Positions 29,744-39,181 are shown, numbered from the stretch's first letter. The stretch is 64,000 bases of DNA from an uncultured Verrucomicrobiae bacterium (GCA_963707025.1 CAVPOM010000004.1:256001-320000); one strand, 5' to 3'. Made by a program: numbers and translations. Notes: generated from the sequence alone by a model not told the origin.

Positions 29744-30256
29744 TCATGTGTCAAATCGAATTCCGTTTTGCTCGGCGAACCTCTGAATATCGGCCTGGGC
29801 CTGGGCCAGTTGCGCCGTTTTCTGCTCAATGTAATCGGCGTAATAGCCCTTTGCCATTGGCAGGGCTGCCAAGTTCACGAATTGAGAGTATAGCTCGCCG
29901 GGCCGCGCTCCGCTTTCAATCATACCGTCCAACGCGGGATTGGCCCGGATAGGGTCATTGAGCATTCCTAAAAGTTCCTGGCCGCGCTTGATATACGCAA
30001 TGAGCAAGTCACGGCGGCGAAGCAAACCCTTCCATCGGTCTGTCAAAACTATTCCCCGCTCAATGTCCGCTTCCGCGCTCGCCAGTTCTGCTTTTATCCT
30101 TGTCTCATTTTGGAATGCCTGCGTCAATACTATTGGAATGGTTCCAGTAGGCGCGTTCCGCGCAGCCCATTCCTTTTGCCGCTCAGCAACGCCTTTCCCG
30201 CCTTCTTTTGCGAGCGAGAGAAAATCCGGGGCTTGTGGAGTAATTGTTTCACTCAT
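29744..30256 (-). CDS. Hypothetical alpha-helical/coiled-coil protein
   Basis: 170-aa ORF co-oriented in the putative late operon. Confidence 0.65.
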   Translation of the reverse strand: MSETITPQAPDFLSLAKEGGKGVAERQKEWAARNAPTGTIPIVLTQAFQNETRIKAELASAEADIERGIVLTDRWKGLLRRRDLLIAYIKRGQELLGMLNDPIRANPALDGMIESGARPGELYSQFVNLAALPMAKGYYADYIEQKTAQLAQAQADIQRFAEQNGIRFDT

Positions 30257-30270
30257 AAGTTTCGGGGTGT

Positions 30271-31059
30271 TTAGGATTCGGATTCGAGGAAGGCAATGAA
30301 AGCATCAATCATAGTTTGTTGCCGCCGGTGCATACCGCCAAAAATCCCGGATGGGGGGGGCGACATCCGCAAATTTGCAGCAAATGATTCTGCTGTCTGG
30401 CCGGGGATTTTTAAACCTTCAATGTAGTATTGACGTTCAAGCCGGTGGAGAGTTTCCGCGTCACTGCTGGACGTGGCGCAAATCCTGTTCGTTTCGACTT
30501 CGCCGAAAATCTCACATGCCAAAGCACCAAGTTGGTCCACGTCCAATCTTGCGACTTTGCGCCCTACAGGCGGAATGCTCGCCAAGCTGACCGGAATTTT
30601 GAAAGGGTCGTCATCGGTGGCCGGTCGCTGCAAACCATGAATGCCCGCGGCCATGTCCCGGCGGATGGATGCAGCCATTCTTTCGACACCGCGCAAAGAC
30701 CCGTCAACGGCTGGCCTGGCTGGCGATGCTGGCTTTGGCGGAATTGCCGATTGAAACGGCCTTGCCACATTTGCCACTGGCAATGGTGTAACCGGCAATG
30801 CGAACCTTGCCGTCCCGCCGGCGGCCTTCACTGCATCGCGGGTTTTCTGTGGTAACTCAACGGAAGGGTCGAGTTTGCGAAGCGCATCCCATTTTGCCAT
30901 AACTACTTTCATTTGCTCTTTGCGCTCAGTCCCGGAAAGCCCGGCGGCCTGATACGCGGCCCGAAAGGCGGCATCCACTACGGTATCACCTTTAGCGGCC
31001 CTAGCTTCTTGCTCCCAGACCAACACACGGCTGTAAGACGGCATCATAATCGTTTTCAT
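30271..31059 (-). CDS. Hypothetical protein with Pro-rich linker
   Basis: 262-aa ORF with two L.G.ER motifs (LSGTER, LRGVER). Confidence 0.65.
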   Translation of the reverse strand: MKTIMMPSYSRVLVWEQEARAAKGDTVVDAAFRAAYQAAGLSGTERKEQMKVVMAKWDALRKLDPSVELPQKTRDAVKAAGGTARFALPVTPLPVANVARPFQSAIPPKPASPARPAVDGSLRGVERMAASIRRDMAAGIHGLQRPATDDDPFKIPVSLASIPPVGRKVARLDVDQLGALACEIFGEVETNRICATSSSDAETLHRLERQYYIEGLKIPGQTAESFAANLRMSPPPSGIFGGMHRRQQTMIDAFIAFLESES

Positions 31060-31490
31060 CCTATAAATGCCACGGCGTTAAGCAAAACGAGCATTCTACA
31101 GGGGAAACGATTGTTAAGTTGAAGGTTGCAGGAATTGTCCTAAAGTGTTTTACGAAACATCCCGCCCTGCTGCTTTCGTAATTACCACAGCAACAAATGT
31201 GCAATAATTGGCGTGTGTTTTGTGAGTCGAAGTCCAGTTGACGGGCGGATTTTTTGAGTCCCGCCTTTCAGGTTTTTCCAGCATTGAATTAAGAGAGTGG
31301 GGGGGATGTCTTACCGTTTTTCCAGCATCTAACCTCAGTAAATTATATCAGGATTTAGCGAACTTAGGACTAAAAAACGATTTCTTTAGTCACATAGCGA
31401 ATCGGCAAAATTTCTCGGACACCCCAAGGGGAGTTAGGATGATAGCTTTCCTACCTGGGGGCCTATCGCTCACAACTCACCAGGATTGGC

Positions 31491-31973
31491 CTAACAAGTC
31501 ATAGGATTGATTGTGGCGGCCCTTGGCGGGCATGGTGGCACATTGGAGCATCCGGCCAATTCTGCGCGGCCTGGCTGGCTGATTATGCTTTGGCCCGATA
31601 GATTTAATTTGCGTGAGACTTCCGCCATGATAGCCTGGAATTCCTCGTAACTAATTCCATGCTTTCGAGCAAGTAAGGCGGTTGCTTCGTTGGGACTGCT
31701 CAAGATAAGGCCAGTTATCACGGCCAAAGCGTCAAGCAAGACCTCTGGCCGGCGGGACTCTGACAGATAAATTAGGAGCGCCCTTACGCTTTCCAAAACT
31801 TCACCCCGGATTTCGTCGGCGCTGTCGTCTTGCGGCTCTGGGTCATTGCCGGGGACACATTCAATCGGCACAAGTTGCACAGGGATGCGTTGCCCGTCTT
31901 CCCACGCTACTTCGCCACCGTCCAAAATGCGTTTCACAAAGACACGTTTTACGGATTGGCTCTGCCTTGTCAA
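31491..31973 (-). CDS. Hypothetical protein with C-terminal HTH-like segment
   Basis: ATALLARKHGISYEEFQAIMAEV resembles an HTH. Confidence 0.5.
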   Translation of the reverse strand: MTRQSQSVKRVFVKRILDGGEVAWEDGQRIPVQLVPIECVPGNDPEPQDDSADEIRGEVLESVRALLIYLSESRRPEVLLDALAVITGLILSSPNEATALLARKHGISYEEFQAIMAEVSRKLNLSGQSIISQPGRAELAGCSNVPPCPPRAATINPMTC

Positions 31974-32144
31974 TACTCAATCATCGTCTTTGGCGTCAGA
32001 TTGTGCATCAATGGCCGCGTGCAAGCGGGTCGCCCAGCTATGGACTCTGGTTGCATCTGGGTTTTCGCCGTTTTGTCTTGCCGTAATTACTGGCTTTGAG
32101 CCCCTGAAGCTGGCGGTCACAACGCAGGCAGTAAATGGCTTCAC

Positions 32145-33185
32145 TCATGGTTCAAATGCTCTGGCGGAGTTTCTTAAATTGCTCTTGCTCCTTTGCAATT
32201 TCCTCTGGCGTTTTGGTGGCAAGCGGCTTTTCGCGGGGATCATGGGAGTTACCTTCAATGCCGCTGCTCGCTTAAGGTCAATGGCAGGTTTAATCCGCTT
32301 CCCATAGAAACTCCGCGCCTGTGCAAGGTCCTGCTCAAATCGGCCGGGGTCGCCGATGAGATTATCAAATTTGAGCGCCCCTTGGTTCCTCTTGTAAGCT
32401 CCTTGGTTCGATTTCGCATTTGCGATTCCTTCACGGATTAACTTGACCACGAGCTTGAAGTCATCATGGGTGAATGGGTTCTGATGGGTGATTCCGTATT
32501 GAAGCCATTCAAACCATTGGCGCTCCCGGGCCATGTCCAAGGCAATTTCAGAGTAACCAGTGAGCTTTTGGTAAAGCTCGTGGAAGGCTTCGATCTCTTT
32601 GCCTTTGTCTTTTGGAATTTCTGAAAAAGGAGAGAGAGAGACGGGCTTTTCTTTGTCTTTTTCTTCGCCTTCTACCCTTATACCCTTATAGGATGTGGTT
32701 AGCTGATGGTTCGCTGATGGTTCGCTGATGGTTAGCTGTTGGTTACTTTGATGGTTAGGCTGATGGTTAGGTGGCTCAATGGAAACAGCAAAAAGCCTTG
32801 TGTCACAGAGCTTTGCAACCGTTCCTTTGATGGTTCCATTCTTGGCTGGTTTGAAGGTTGCAAAACCTGTTACTTTCAAAGCTTTTATCGCGCCTCTGTA
32901 TTCGCCTCTGGTTAGCCCGCATTCCCAATAATCACCTAAATAGGCTTCACCGGGCTGCAACTCATGTTCATTGTAACCTTTGGTCCACTGGGTTCGGTCC
33001 GCAATGTGCCACGCCAAGAGAAAGGCACGCGGATATTTCTTGGCGAATGCCCTTGCCTCTGGCCCGCGTGTTGCGGCAAAGAATCCCTCTGGCGGAATGC
33101 CGTCTGGATAAAGCCGTGAAGGTTGCTCTCGGCCCGCTGCATTTTCACTCTTGACAGCCGGTGTCTCTGTAGGGTAATCTGGCAT
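32145..33185 (-). CDS. Phage-type replication initiator (lambda O-like organisation)
   Basis: N-terminal wHTH-like (GLTRGEYRGAIKALK..GF), repetitive NHQ linker encoded by DNA repeats, helical C-terminal domain. Confidence 0.65.
   Translation of the reverse strand: MPDYPTETPAVKSENAAGREQPSRLYPDGIPPEGFFAATRGPEARAFAKKYPRAFLLAWHIADRTQWTKGYNEHELQPGEAYLGDYWECGLTRGEYRGAIKALKVTGFATFKPAKNGTIKGTVAKLCDTRLFAVSIEPPNHQPNHQSNQQLTISEPSANHQLTTSYKGIRVEGEEKDKEKPVSLSPFSEIPKDKGKEIEAFHELYQKLTGYSEIALDMARERQWFEWLQYGITHQNPFTHDDFKLVVKLIREGIANAKSNQGAYKRNQGALKFDNLIGDPGRFEQDLAQARSFYGKRIKPAIDLKRAAALKVTPMIPAKSRLPPKRQRKLQRSKSNLRNSARAFEP
32702..32768. repeat. Iteron array (candidate replication origin) inside rep gene
   Basis: Six GCTGATGGTT-like copies at 32702, 32713, 32724, 32735, 32747, 32759 (11-12 bp period). 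Confidence 0.7.
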
Positions 33186-33245
33186 AGAGTTAAAGTTAAT
33201 TGTTGACCTGCCGCGTGTTCTTGACAGGGAGCGCGGCGGGTTTTT

Positions 33246-33494
33246 TTATTGGCTCGGTTTCCAGGCTGTAGCAATGGAATTATTGACGGCGGATTTGATC
33301 TCCTTTTCAGGGACGGCCCGGCCGCAATTCTTGACGGCATCGGCCAGCAGGGTTTCAATCTGGCCTCGCTCCAAGTGCCGGTGCAAGTGGCGACTGACAT
33401 TGAATAAGAAGGGATGCACTCCAAGTGGTGATTTTGGGCAGGAATTGACTTTAGCTTGAAGCCACTTTGGCAGGTTGGACTGAGCGGCGTTCAT
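33246..33494 (-). CDS. Small protein resembling a primase C-terminal (PriCT-like) helical domain
   Basis: SCP....GVH.FLF.V.R.LH......I..LL......GR.VPEKEI..AV..S. Confidence 0.5.
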   Translation of the reverse strand: MNAAQSNLPKWLQAKVNSCPKSPLGVHPFLFNVSRHLHRHLERGQIETLLADAVKNCGRAVPEKEIKSAVNNSIATAWKPSQ

Positions 33495-34006
33495 GGCTTA
33501 TCCTTTTTCCGCCTCTTGGCTGCCTGGCGGCATCGCCGGCGGTATTCTTGGCTCCGCTCGCCTGGCAAAAGTGCCCGCTCGCCAAACGTCTCTGTCAAAA
33601 GATTGCCATGCTGAGAAACGGCGGCGGTTGACTTGTCAAGAAGTCTGGCTATCTTAACCCGGCTCAATCCTCTTTCTTTCATCGAAATGACTAGAAGCGC
33701 ATTCATCGCCAGCGCATCCCGTTTTTCAGGCGGCAGAGGGACAATCTTATTCGTATCTGTTTCGACAATTTGCTTTATATTGACTGCGCTTCCCAAAAAT
33801 GCGGCGTCCAAGCGAACCAACGTCAACCGCTCCAATCTGCGAACAGCCCGCACGGTAGATGCTGGCGACATGGCTTCACGCTCCTCTTTTTCCATCGTCA
33901 AGCTGGCCTGCTCCTTTTCGTCAAGGTCGGTAAATCCGTTCTTTGTTACCAACGGAACGATATTGTCACCTTCAAAGGCATATCCCGCCTGTAGTGCTTT
34001 GGGCAT
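33491..34006 (-). CDS. Hypothetical protein with C-terminal HTH
   Basis: LSRVKIARLLDKSTAAVSQH; basic tail; overlaps the next gene at ATGA. Confidence 0.6.
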   Translation of the reverse strand: MPKALQAGYAFEGDNIVPLVTKNGFTDLDEKEQASLTMEKEEREAMSPASTVRAVRRLERLTLVRLDAAFLGSAVNIKQIVETDTNKIVPLPPEKRDALAMNALLVISMKERGLSRVKIARLLDKSTAAVSQHGNLLTETFGERALLPGERSQEYRRRCRQAAKRRKKDKP

Positions 34007-34022
34007 GGCCTGGCCTTTGGCG

Positions 34023-34253
34023 TTACCGGGCGACACGGCAGGTCCGGTCCAAGTGCGCTTGCACGTCAGACAAACGAAAGCGCACCATCCTTTCGCCAAG
34101 TTTGAAATATGGCAGAATGCCTCTCGCCATGAAGTTATCTACCGTCCTTTGCGTGATCTGCAACTTGACGGCGATCTGGGCCTTTGTTAAGAGTTCTTCA
34201 CTTCCCGGCATTGCCGTTGTGTGACCGATTGGAACGGATGTATTCTTGTTCAT
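34023..34253 (-). CDS. Excisionase/AlpA-like HTH protein
   Basis: LLTKAQIAVKLQITQRTVDNFMARGILPYFKLGERMVRFRLSDV. Confidence 0.85.
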   Translation of the reverse strand: MNKNTSVPIGHTTAMPGSEELLTKAQIAVKLQITQRTVDNFMARGILPYFKLGERMVRFRLSDVQAHLDRTCRVAR

Positions 34254-34383
34254 CACCAATACGCACCATGTCAACGTGATTACAAAACTATGATGGATTT
34301 ACCGAGTAAGAACGGCTTTTTAGATAGTCGTGATTGATAGATTGTCCTTGCAATGTCTCTTGAAATGAGCGAGATTTAGGCTT

Positions 34384-34833
34384 GTGAAAAGAAAGAGCAT
34401 CAAACCTTCAGAACTGGCGGCCATGCTAAACCTGTCTCATCAGCAAGTCAGAAGGCTTGCCATTGCTGGCGGGATTCCAGAGACGATCAAAACAAACGGC
34501 GGCCATTATCGCTTTCGCAACACACCTTGCTTTACTCGGTGGGTTGCCACTGAAAAAGGCCGTCTGTATCGGCAGGATATTTTAAGAAGCGCAAAGTCAG
34601 AGGCTCACGAGCGAGCAAGAGCGGAGCAAAGCGCCTTTCAGCCTCTTTATGAGTTTAAGCGTTGGTTGAAGAAAAACCCTGTCACGCATGAGACGGCAAC
34701 TTGGGTGATTCGCAGGCTTGCAGAAGAATTGGAGCCACTGGTTAAGTATTCCGCATCGCTCAATTCGGAAATAAATGCCCGTGGCCTGAGCCTTCCCGGC
34801 AAGGGGGATATGAACACAAGGGACACCCTCTGA
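34384..34833 (+). CDS. HTH (Xis/MerR-like) DNA-binding protein, divergent from the excisionase
   Basis: KPSELAAMLNLSHQQVRRLAIAGGIP...TNGGHYRF. Confidence 0.7.
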   Translation: MKRKSIKPSELAAMLNLSHQQVRRLAIAGGIPETIKTNGGHYRFRNTPCFTRWVATEKGRLYRQDILRSAKSEAHERARAEQSAFQPLYEFKRWLKKNPVTHETATWVIRRLAEELEPLVKYSASLNSEINARGLSLPGKGDMNTRDTL

Positions 34834-34986
34834 AAACGTGCCTGGGGTCAAATGCGCTTCAAATCCGGCCCGCCTGGCGTTGCCGGTCGGTTCAAGCCCG
34901 GCCAGCCGTCAAAGGGAAGCGCGGGCTTCACTTTGCCTTTTCAAATCCATCAATTACGGGATTTCCGATAGCAGGTTTTACAGATT

Positions 34987-36213
34987 TCAGACGGCGGCAA
35001 GGGCGATGATTTTCTCGCCACTGGCGGGGGCAACGAAAAACCACGCCTGCGCATCCGACGGCCTCACAATTTCCCGGTAATTGCGGAAAATCATCGTCGG
35101 CGAATTGCCGCATTCCAAGGCCACTTGCGCGACGTTCTGAATTTGCGCCACTCGGTAGGAAATGAAACTGTGCCTGAGCGCATTCGCTTTCCAGGGAATG
35201 CCGGTTTTCTTGGATAGCCGGGCGATGGGCTTTTGCGTGTTCTTGAACCGCCAAAGTTGGCCTTCGGGTTTGGCGATGGGCAAAAGCCATTCCCGCAAAT
35301 TGGGCAGGATGGGGACAAGGCGGCGTTGCGCCGTGCCCTTGTGAGCGTGAACCGTGATATGGTTGCGTTGCAAGTCAACGTGTGACCAGTCCATACGCTC
35401 AATTTCAGAACTGCGAAGCCCGGCAAAAGCGCCAATGGCAACAAACGCCCTTGTTTCATCATCCGCCCCGGCCAAAAAGGCGGCAATCTCGTTTGGCGTG
35501 AAAATCTCAATTGCGCCAGTCCGTTTCTTTGCCGATGCGATTTTGTCAGCGTCAAGATGATCTTTCGGAATGTAACTCTGTGCCACGGCAAACCTGAAAA
35601 GTGAAATAATCGCCATGCGGTAATTGTTTCGAGTCCGGCCTGACACGTCCAAGCCCCTGAGCCAGCCGGAAATGTCCGCCTCAGTCACGTTGCCGATGTT
35701 GCACGAAAACGACTTGGCAAAAGTCCCGCAACGATTGTCCAAGTCTTTGATGTGCCGATGGGATAAGCCGTCTGCCTTTTTCGCGGCAATCATTTCCGCG
35801 CAACATTCCGCAACGGTTTTCTGCGGTGCATTCAAATTGTTGCGCTTGCGGTAAAACTTCGCGGCGTCCACTAGGGACACCGCCCTTGGCAAAAGTTTGG
35901 ACGCCTCGGCAAACTGCATTGCGGCCATTTCCAGGGGGACGCCAAAGGGCTTCAACGTCTCGACGGCCCGGATGTATGCAAGCCGGTCCTCGCCCGTCAG
36001 GTCCAGGGACACGACCTCGCCCCGCGAAAGTTCATTAACCTTCGCGGCGGCTTCGTCTTTGGCTTGCTGCGGGTCGGAAAACGACTTCACTTGCCGCTTG
36101 CCGTCCGGCCCATACCAGGCCAGCCGGTATTCGACATAATGACGATTTTTTATGCGATAGATGGTTACTGCGGCGTTGCCGCGTTTCACTTCAAGAGGAA
36201 ATATGTCTTTCAT
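34987..36213 (-). CDS. Tyrosine integrase
   Basis: AGLRSSEI (catalytic R), NALRHSFISY (H-x-x-R variant), GNSPTMIFRNY (catalytic Y); N-terminal arm-binding domain. Confidence 0.93.
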   Translation of the reverse strand: MKDIFPLEVKRGNAAVTIYRIKNRHYVEYRLAWYGPDGKRQVKSFSDPQQAKDEAAAKVNELSRGEVVSLDLTGEDRLAYIRAVETLKPFGVPLEMAAMQFAEASKLLPRAVSLVDAAKFYRKRNNLNAPQKTVAECCAEMIAAKKADGLSHRHIKDLDNRCGTFAKSFSCNIGNVTEADISGWLRGLDVSGRTRNNYRMAIISLFRFAVAQSYIPKDHLDADKIASAKKRTGAIEIFTPNEIAAFLAGADDETRAFVAIGAFAGLRSSEIERMDWSHVDLQRNHITVHAHKGTAQRRLVPILPNLREWLLPIAKPEGQLWRFKNTQKPIARLSKKTGIPWKANALRHSFISYRVAQIQNVAQVALECGNSPTMIFRNYREIVRPSDAQAWFFVAPASGEKIIALAAV

Positions 36214-36283
36214 GGTGAAATTGTGTGGAATTTGTGTGGAAAAGTCAACCTAAAAAGTTAAGTGCTTGATTTACAAGCACTTA

Positions 36284-36312
36284 TATGGTGGAGGCGGCGG
36301 GAGTTGAACCCG
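36284..36312 (-). repeat. att site overlapping the tmRNA 3' end
   Basis: Identical to 25547-25575. Confidence 0.95.
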
Positions 36313-36638
36313 CGTCCCTGACAAATTTGCCGGCCGCGACTACATGCTTAGTCAGAAGAGAGTCTCAACCGCCGGATAAGGTCCTGACGCCAATCCGGCA
36401 GTCCAGCCCGCATGAAATAGTTTCGATGAAACGCGCGCGGACTCCGCGCCTCACCTAACCTGCTGTGGCGTTCGTCCTTCGTAGCAGGTGTCCGAAGGGG
36501 AACGTCGCGGCGCATTTAGGCCGCGAGAGCTAATTCTTGGTTAGCACTTATTTTTGGTTCGATTTTTTACGAGGCCAACGAACCGTCCTCGGCATGCCGC
36601 CTCCAGCGCATCTTCCAGGTCGAAACCAGTACGCCCCC
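36286..36638 (-). ncRNA. ssrA: tmRNA
   Basis: 5' GGGGGCGTACTGGTTTCGAC; 3' GGTTCAACTCCCGCCGCCTCCACCA; G3:U acceptor wobble; tag ORF GCT AAC CAA GAA TTA GCT CTC GCG GCC TAA (ANQELALAA). Confidence 0.97.
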
Positions 36639-36706
36639 CTCCATCGGCTTTAATATCCCACACTTTGCGGCGGGTGGCGAGTTTAAAGTTTGGGCGCGGC
36701 CGGCGT

Positions 36707-36880
36707 GGGTGGCGCGGCGGGCAACGGAGTGCCCGCCCTACCTTCGCCATCCACCCGCTATGGAACTGTTATAGGTTGGGGGCAATGGCGGGGTGGCGCG
36801 GCGGGTCCCGATAATTCGGGACCCGCCCTGCCTTCCCCATCCATCCATTGCGGAACGGTTATAAGTAGGGGGAAAATGGC
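36707..36880. repeat. Two tandem ~85-90 bp units each containing a GTAG-type REP hairpin
   Basis: GGGTGGCGCGGCGGG...CCCGCCCT(A/G)CCTT.CCATCCA...GGAAC.GTTATA at 36707 and 36791. Confidence 0.65.
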
Positions 36881-38193
36881 GGGTCCGGGCGGCGGGTGAG
36901 TTTGAGGCGGGCGACGCGGGTGCCGTCCATTTCCTCGACGCCCAATTCGAAATTTCCCAGCGGGAGGGTGTCGCCCGCCTTGGGGAAGCCGCCCAGGCGC
37001 TGGGTGACCCAGCCGCTGGTGGTGGCGATGCCTTCGCTGGAGAGATTCTGGCCGACTAATTCGCCCAGCTCATGCAAGGGCAGGGCGCCGTCAATCTGCC
37101 AGGTGCTCTGGTCGCGGCGGAGGAGGAGCGGTTTTTCCTGGTCGAATTCATCCTGAATCTGGCCGACCAGTTCCTCCAGGATGTTTTCCAGGGTGGCCAG
37201 GCCGACGGTGCCGCCCCATTCGTCCACGACGATGGCGAGATGGAGTTTGCGCTCCAGAAAAAGTTGGAGGAGTTTTTCCAGCCGGGTGGTTTCGGGGACG
37301 TAAATCAATTTGCGGGCCGCGCCGCGCAAAGCGGCGCCGCTGTCGGCTTTGGCGCGCAAGGCGAATAAATCCTTGCAATGAACCACGCCGAGGGTTTTGT
37401 CCAAATTGCCGCCTTCGCAGAGTGGGAAGCGGGAGTAGTGCGATTTTTCGGCCAGCTCCAGGCATTCGGGCAGGCTGGCCTGGGTGTTGAGGCCGACGAT
37501 TTCCATGCGCGGGCGCATAACGTCGCGCACGGTGCGCCGGCTCAGGTCCAGGGCGTTGAGGATGATGTCGTGGCCCAGGCGGCTGCCGCCGGGACGGCGC
37601 TGGGTGAGCATGAGGCGCAGTTCGTCCTCGGAATGGGTGGTCAGGGGCACGGGGCCGGCTTCGATGCCGACGCGGCGGAGCAGCCATTGGGCGCAATGGT
37701 TGAGCAGCCAATTGGCCGGGTAGGAGACGCGATAAAACCAGTGCAAGGGGGCGGAGGTCCAGAGGGAAACCGGCAGGGCGCGCTGGATGGCAAACCATTT
37801 TGGCCCCAACTCGCCCAGGACGATTTGCAGGAAGGTGACCAGGGAAAAACCGACGGCAAAGGCGATGTCCGCCTGGGCCTGGGGAGAAGTGACGCCGACC
37901 CAATCGAGCGCCGGCCGGAGCAAGGCGGTGAACAGCGGCCCGGAGAGCCAGCCCAGCCCCAGGCTGGCCATGGTGATGCCCAGTTGGGTGGCGCTGAGGT
38001 AGGAGGTCAGGTTTTGCAGGATGTGCCGGGCCAGGCGCGCGCGGCGCTGGCCCAGGCCGATCAAGGCGTCCAACTGGGTGTCGCGCAATTTGACGAAGGC
38101 GAATTCGGCGGCGACGAAGAAGCCGTTGAGCAGGACGATGGCCAGGATGCCCAGAACGCGCAACCCCTGTGCAACGAAGGCGTGGCTGTCCAT
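36859..38193 (-). CDS. CNNM/CBS/CorC (hemolysin-family) membrane protein
   Basis: NGFFVAAEFA, TQLGIT..SLGLGW, GELGPK, SRFP, VVDEWGG..G..TLE..LEELVG.IQDEFD. Confidence 0.92.
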   Translation of the reverse strand: MDSHAFVAQGLRVLGILAIVLLNGFFVAAEFAFVKLRDTQLDALIGLGQRRARLARHILQNLTSYLSATQLGITMASLGLGWLSGPLFTALLRPALDWVGVTSPQAQADIAFAVGFSLVTFLQIVLGELGPKWFAIQRALPVSLWTSAPLHWFYRVSYPANWLLNHCAQWLLRRVGIEAGPVPLTTHSEDELRLMLTQRRPGGSRLGHDIILNALDLSRRTVRDVMRPRMEIVGLNTQASLPECLELAEKSHYSRFPLCEGGNLDKTLGVVHCKDLFALRAKADSGAALRGAARKLIYVPETTRLEKLLQLFLERKLHLAIVVDEWGGTVGLATLENILEELVGQIQDEFDQEKPLLLRRDQSTWQIDGALPLHELGELVGQNLSSEGIATTSGWVTQRLGGFPKAGDTLPLGNFELGVEEMDGTRVARLKLTRRPDPPFSPYL

Positions 38194-39180
38194 TTACAAA
38201 TTCACCTCCCCAAAGATGACGCGGAGGATGTCCTGCAGGCTGACCAATCCGGTCTCTCCGTGGTCGGGGCTGAAAACAACGGCCAGGCGGCAGCCGGTGG
38301 CCTGCATGCGGCGCAGGGCCTCTTCCAGGCGCAGTTCCTCGGGCAGAAAGAAGGCCGGTTCCATGTAATCCCGCGCCAGCCGGGCCGGGTCCAATTTGCC
38401 GGAGTAAAGGAGCCACTCCAGATTGATGACGCCGGCGGCCTGGCCGGTTTTTGAGTCCAGCACAGGGATGCGGTGGAAATTGCGCTGCCGGCACAAGGCG
38501 AGCACTTGGGACATCGGGGCGGAGGCGGCCACGGTGGAGGCGGCGGCCATGGGAATGGTGACGTGGCGGACGCGGAGATTTTGCAGGTCGAGCACGCGGT
38601 TGATCATGGCCTTTTCTTCGGTGGTCAGGTTGGGGGCCGATTCCTGCATGACGAAACGGAGTTCCTCGCGGCTGCCGAAGAGCCGGCCGGTGAAGGTCTT
38701 GCCGCCGGTGCAGCGGAGCAGGCCGCGGGAGAACCAGGCGACCAGCGCCACCAGCGGGGCGAGCAGGCCGTGAATGGCCCGGAAGGGCCGGGCCAAGGCC
38801 AGGGTCAGGCGGTTGGGATGCCGCAGAAAGAGGGTCTTGGGCACCAGTTCGCAGACGATGTAAAAGACAAACACGGCGGCGCCGACCACCACCAGCCAGA
38901 GGACGGGCCGGCCATGCAGCCAGTCGCGCAATTTGACCAGGGCGACGCTGAAGATGAGGAAATTGACCACGGTGTTGCCGACCAGGATGGTCCAGAGGAA
39001 ATCCTCCGGGTTTTCCAGGCAGCCGTGCAGCACCCTGGCCCGGCGGTCCCCGGCCCGCGCCAATTGGCGGATGCGAAAATGATTCAGGGCCAGCACGCCC
39101 GACTCCATCCCGGAAAAGAGGAAGGACAGGGCGGTGCAGAACAACAGGGCCAGGCCGGTCAACAAATCCTTTTCGCTCAT
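38194..39180 (-). CDS. CNNM/CBS domain protein
   Basis: FSGMESG, TILVGN, ELVPK, RIPV, GLVSLQDIL..IFGE. Confidence 0.88.
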   Translation of the reverse strand: MSEKDLLTGLALLFCTALSFLFSGMESGVLALNHFRIRQLARAGDRRARVLHGCLENPEDFLWTILVGNTVVNFLIFSVALVKLRDWLHGRPVLWLVVVGAAVFVFYIVCELVPKTLFLRHPNRLTLALARPFRAIHGLLAPLVALVAWFSRGLLRCTGGKTFTGRLFGSREELRFVMQESAPNLTTEEKAMINRVLDLQNLRVRHVTIPMAAASTVAASAPMSQVLALCRQRNFHRIPVLDSKTGQAAGVINLEWLLYSGKLDPARLARDYMEPAFFLPEELRLEEALRRMQATGCRLAVVFSPDHGETGLVSLQDILRVIFGEVNL

Positions 39181-39181
39181 A

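Larger units (their letters stand above)
25547..36312 (-). mobile_element. Integrative phage-satellite-like element (PICI-like) inserted in the 3' end of tmRNA
   Basis: 29-bp direct repeat at both ends equal to the tmRNA 3' end; tyrosine integrase next to ssrA; visibly lower GC; xis/rep/terS-like genes. Confidence 0.88.
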
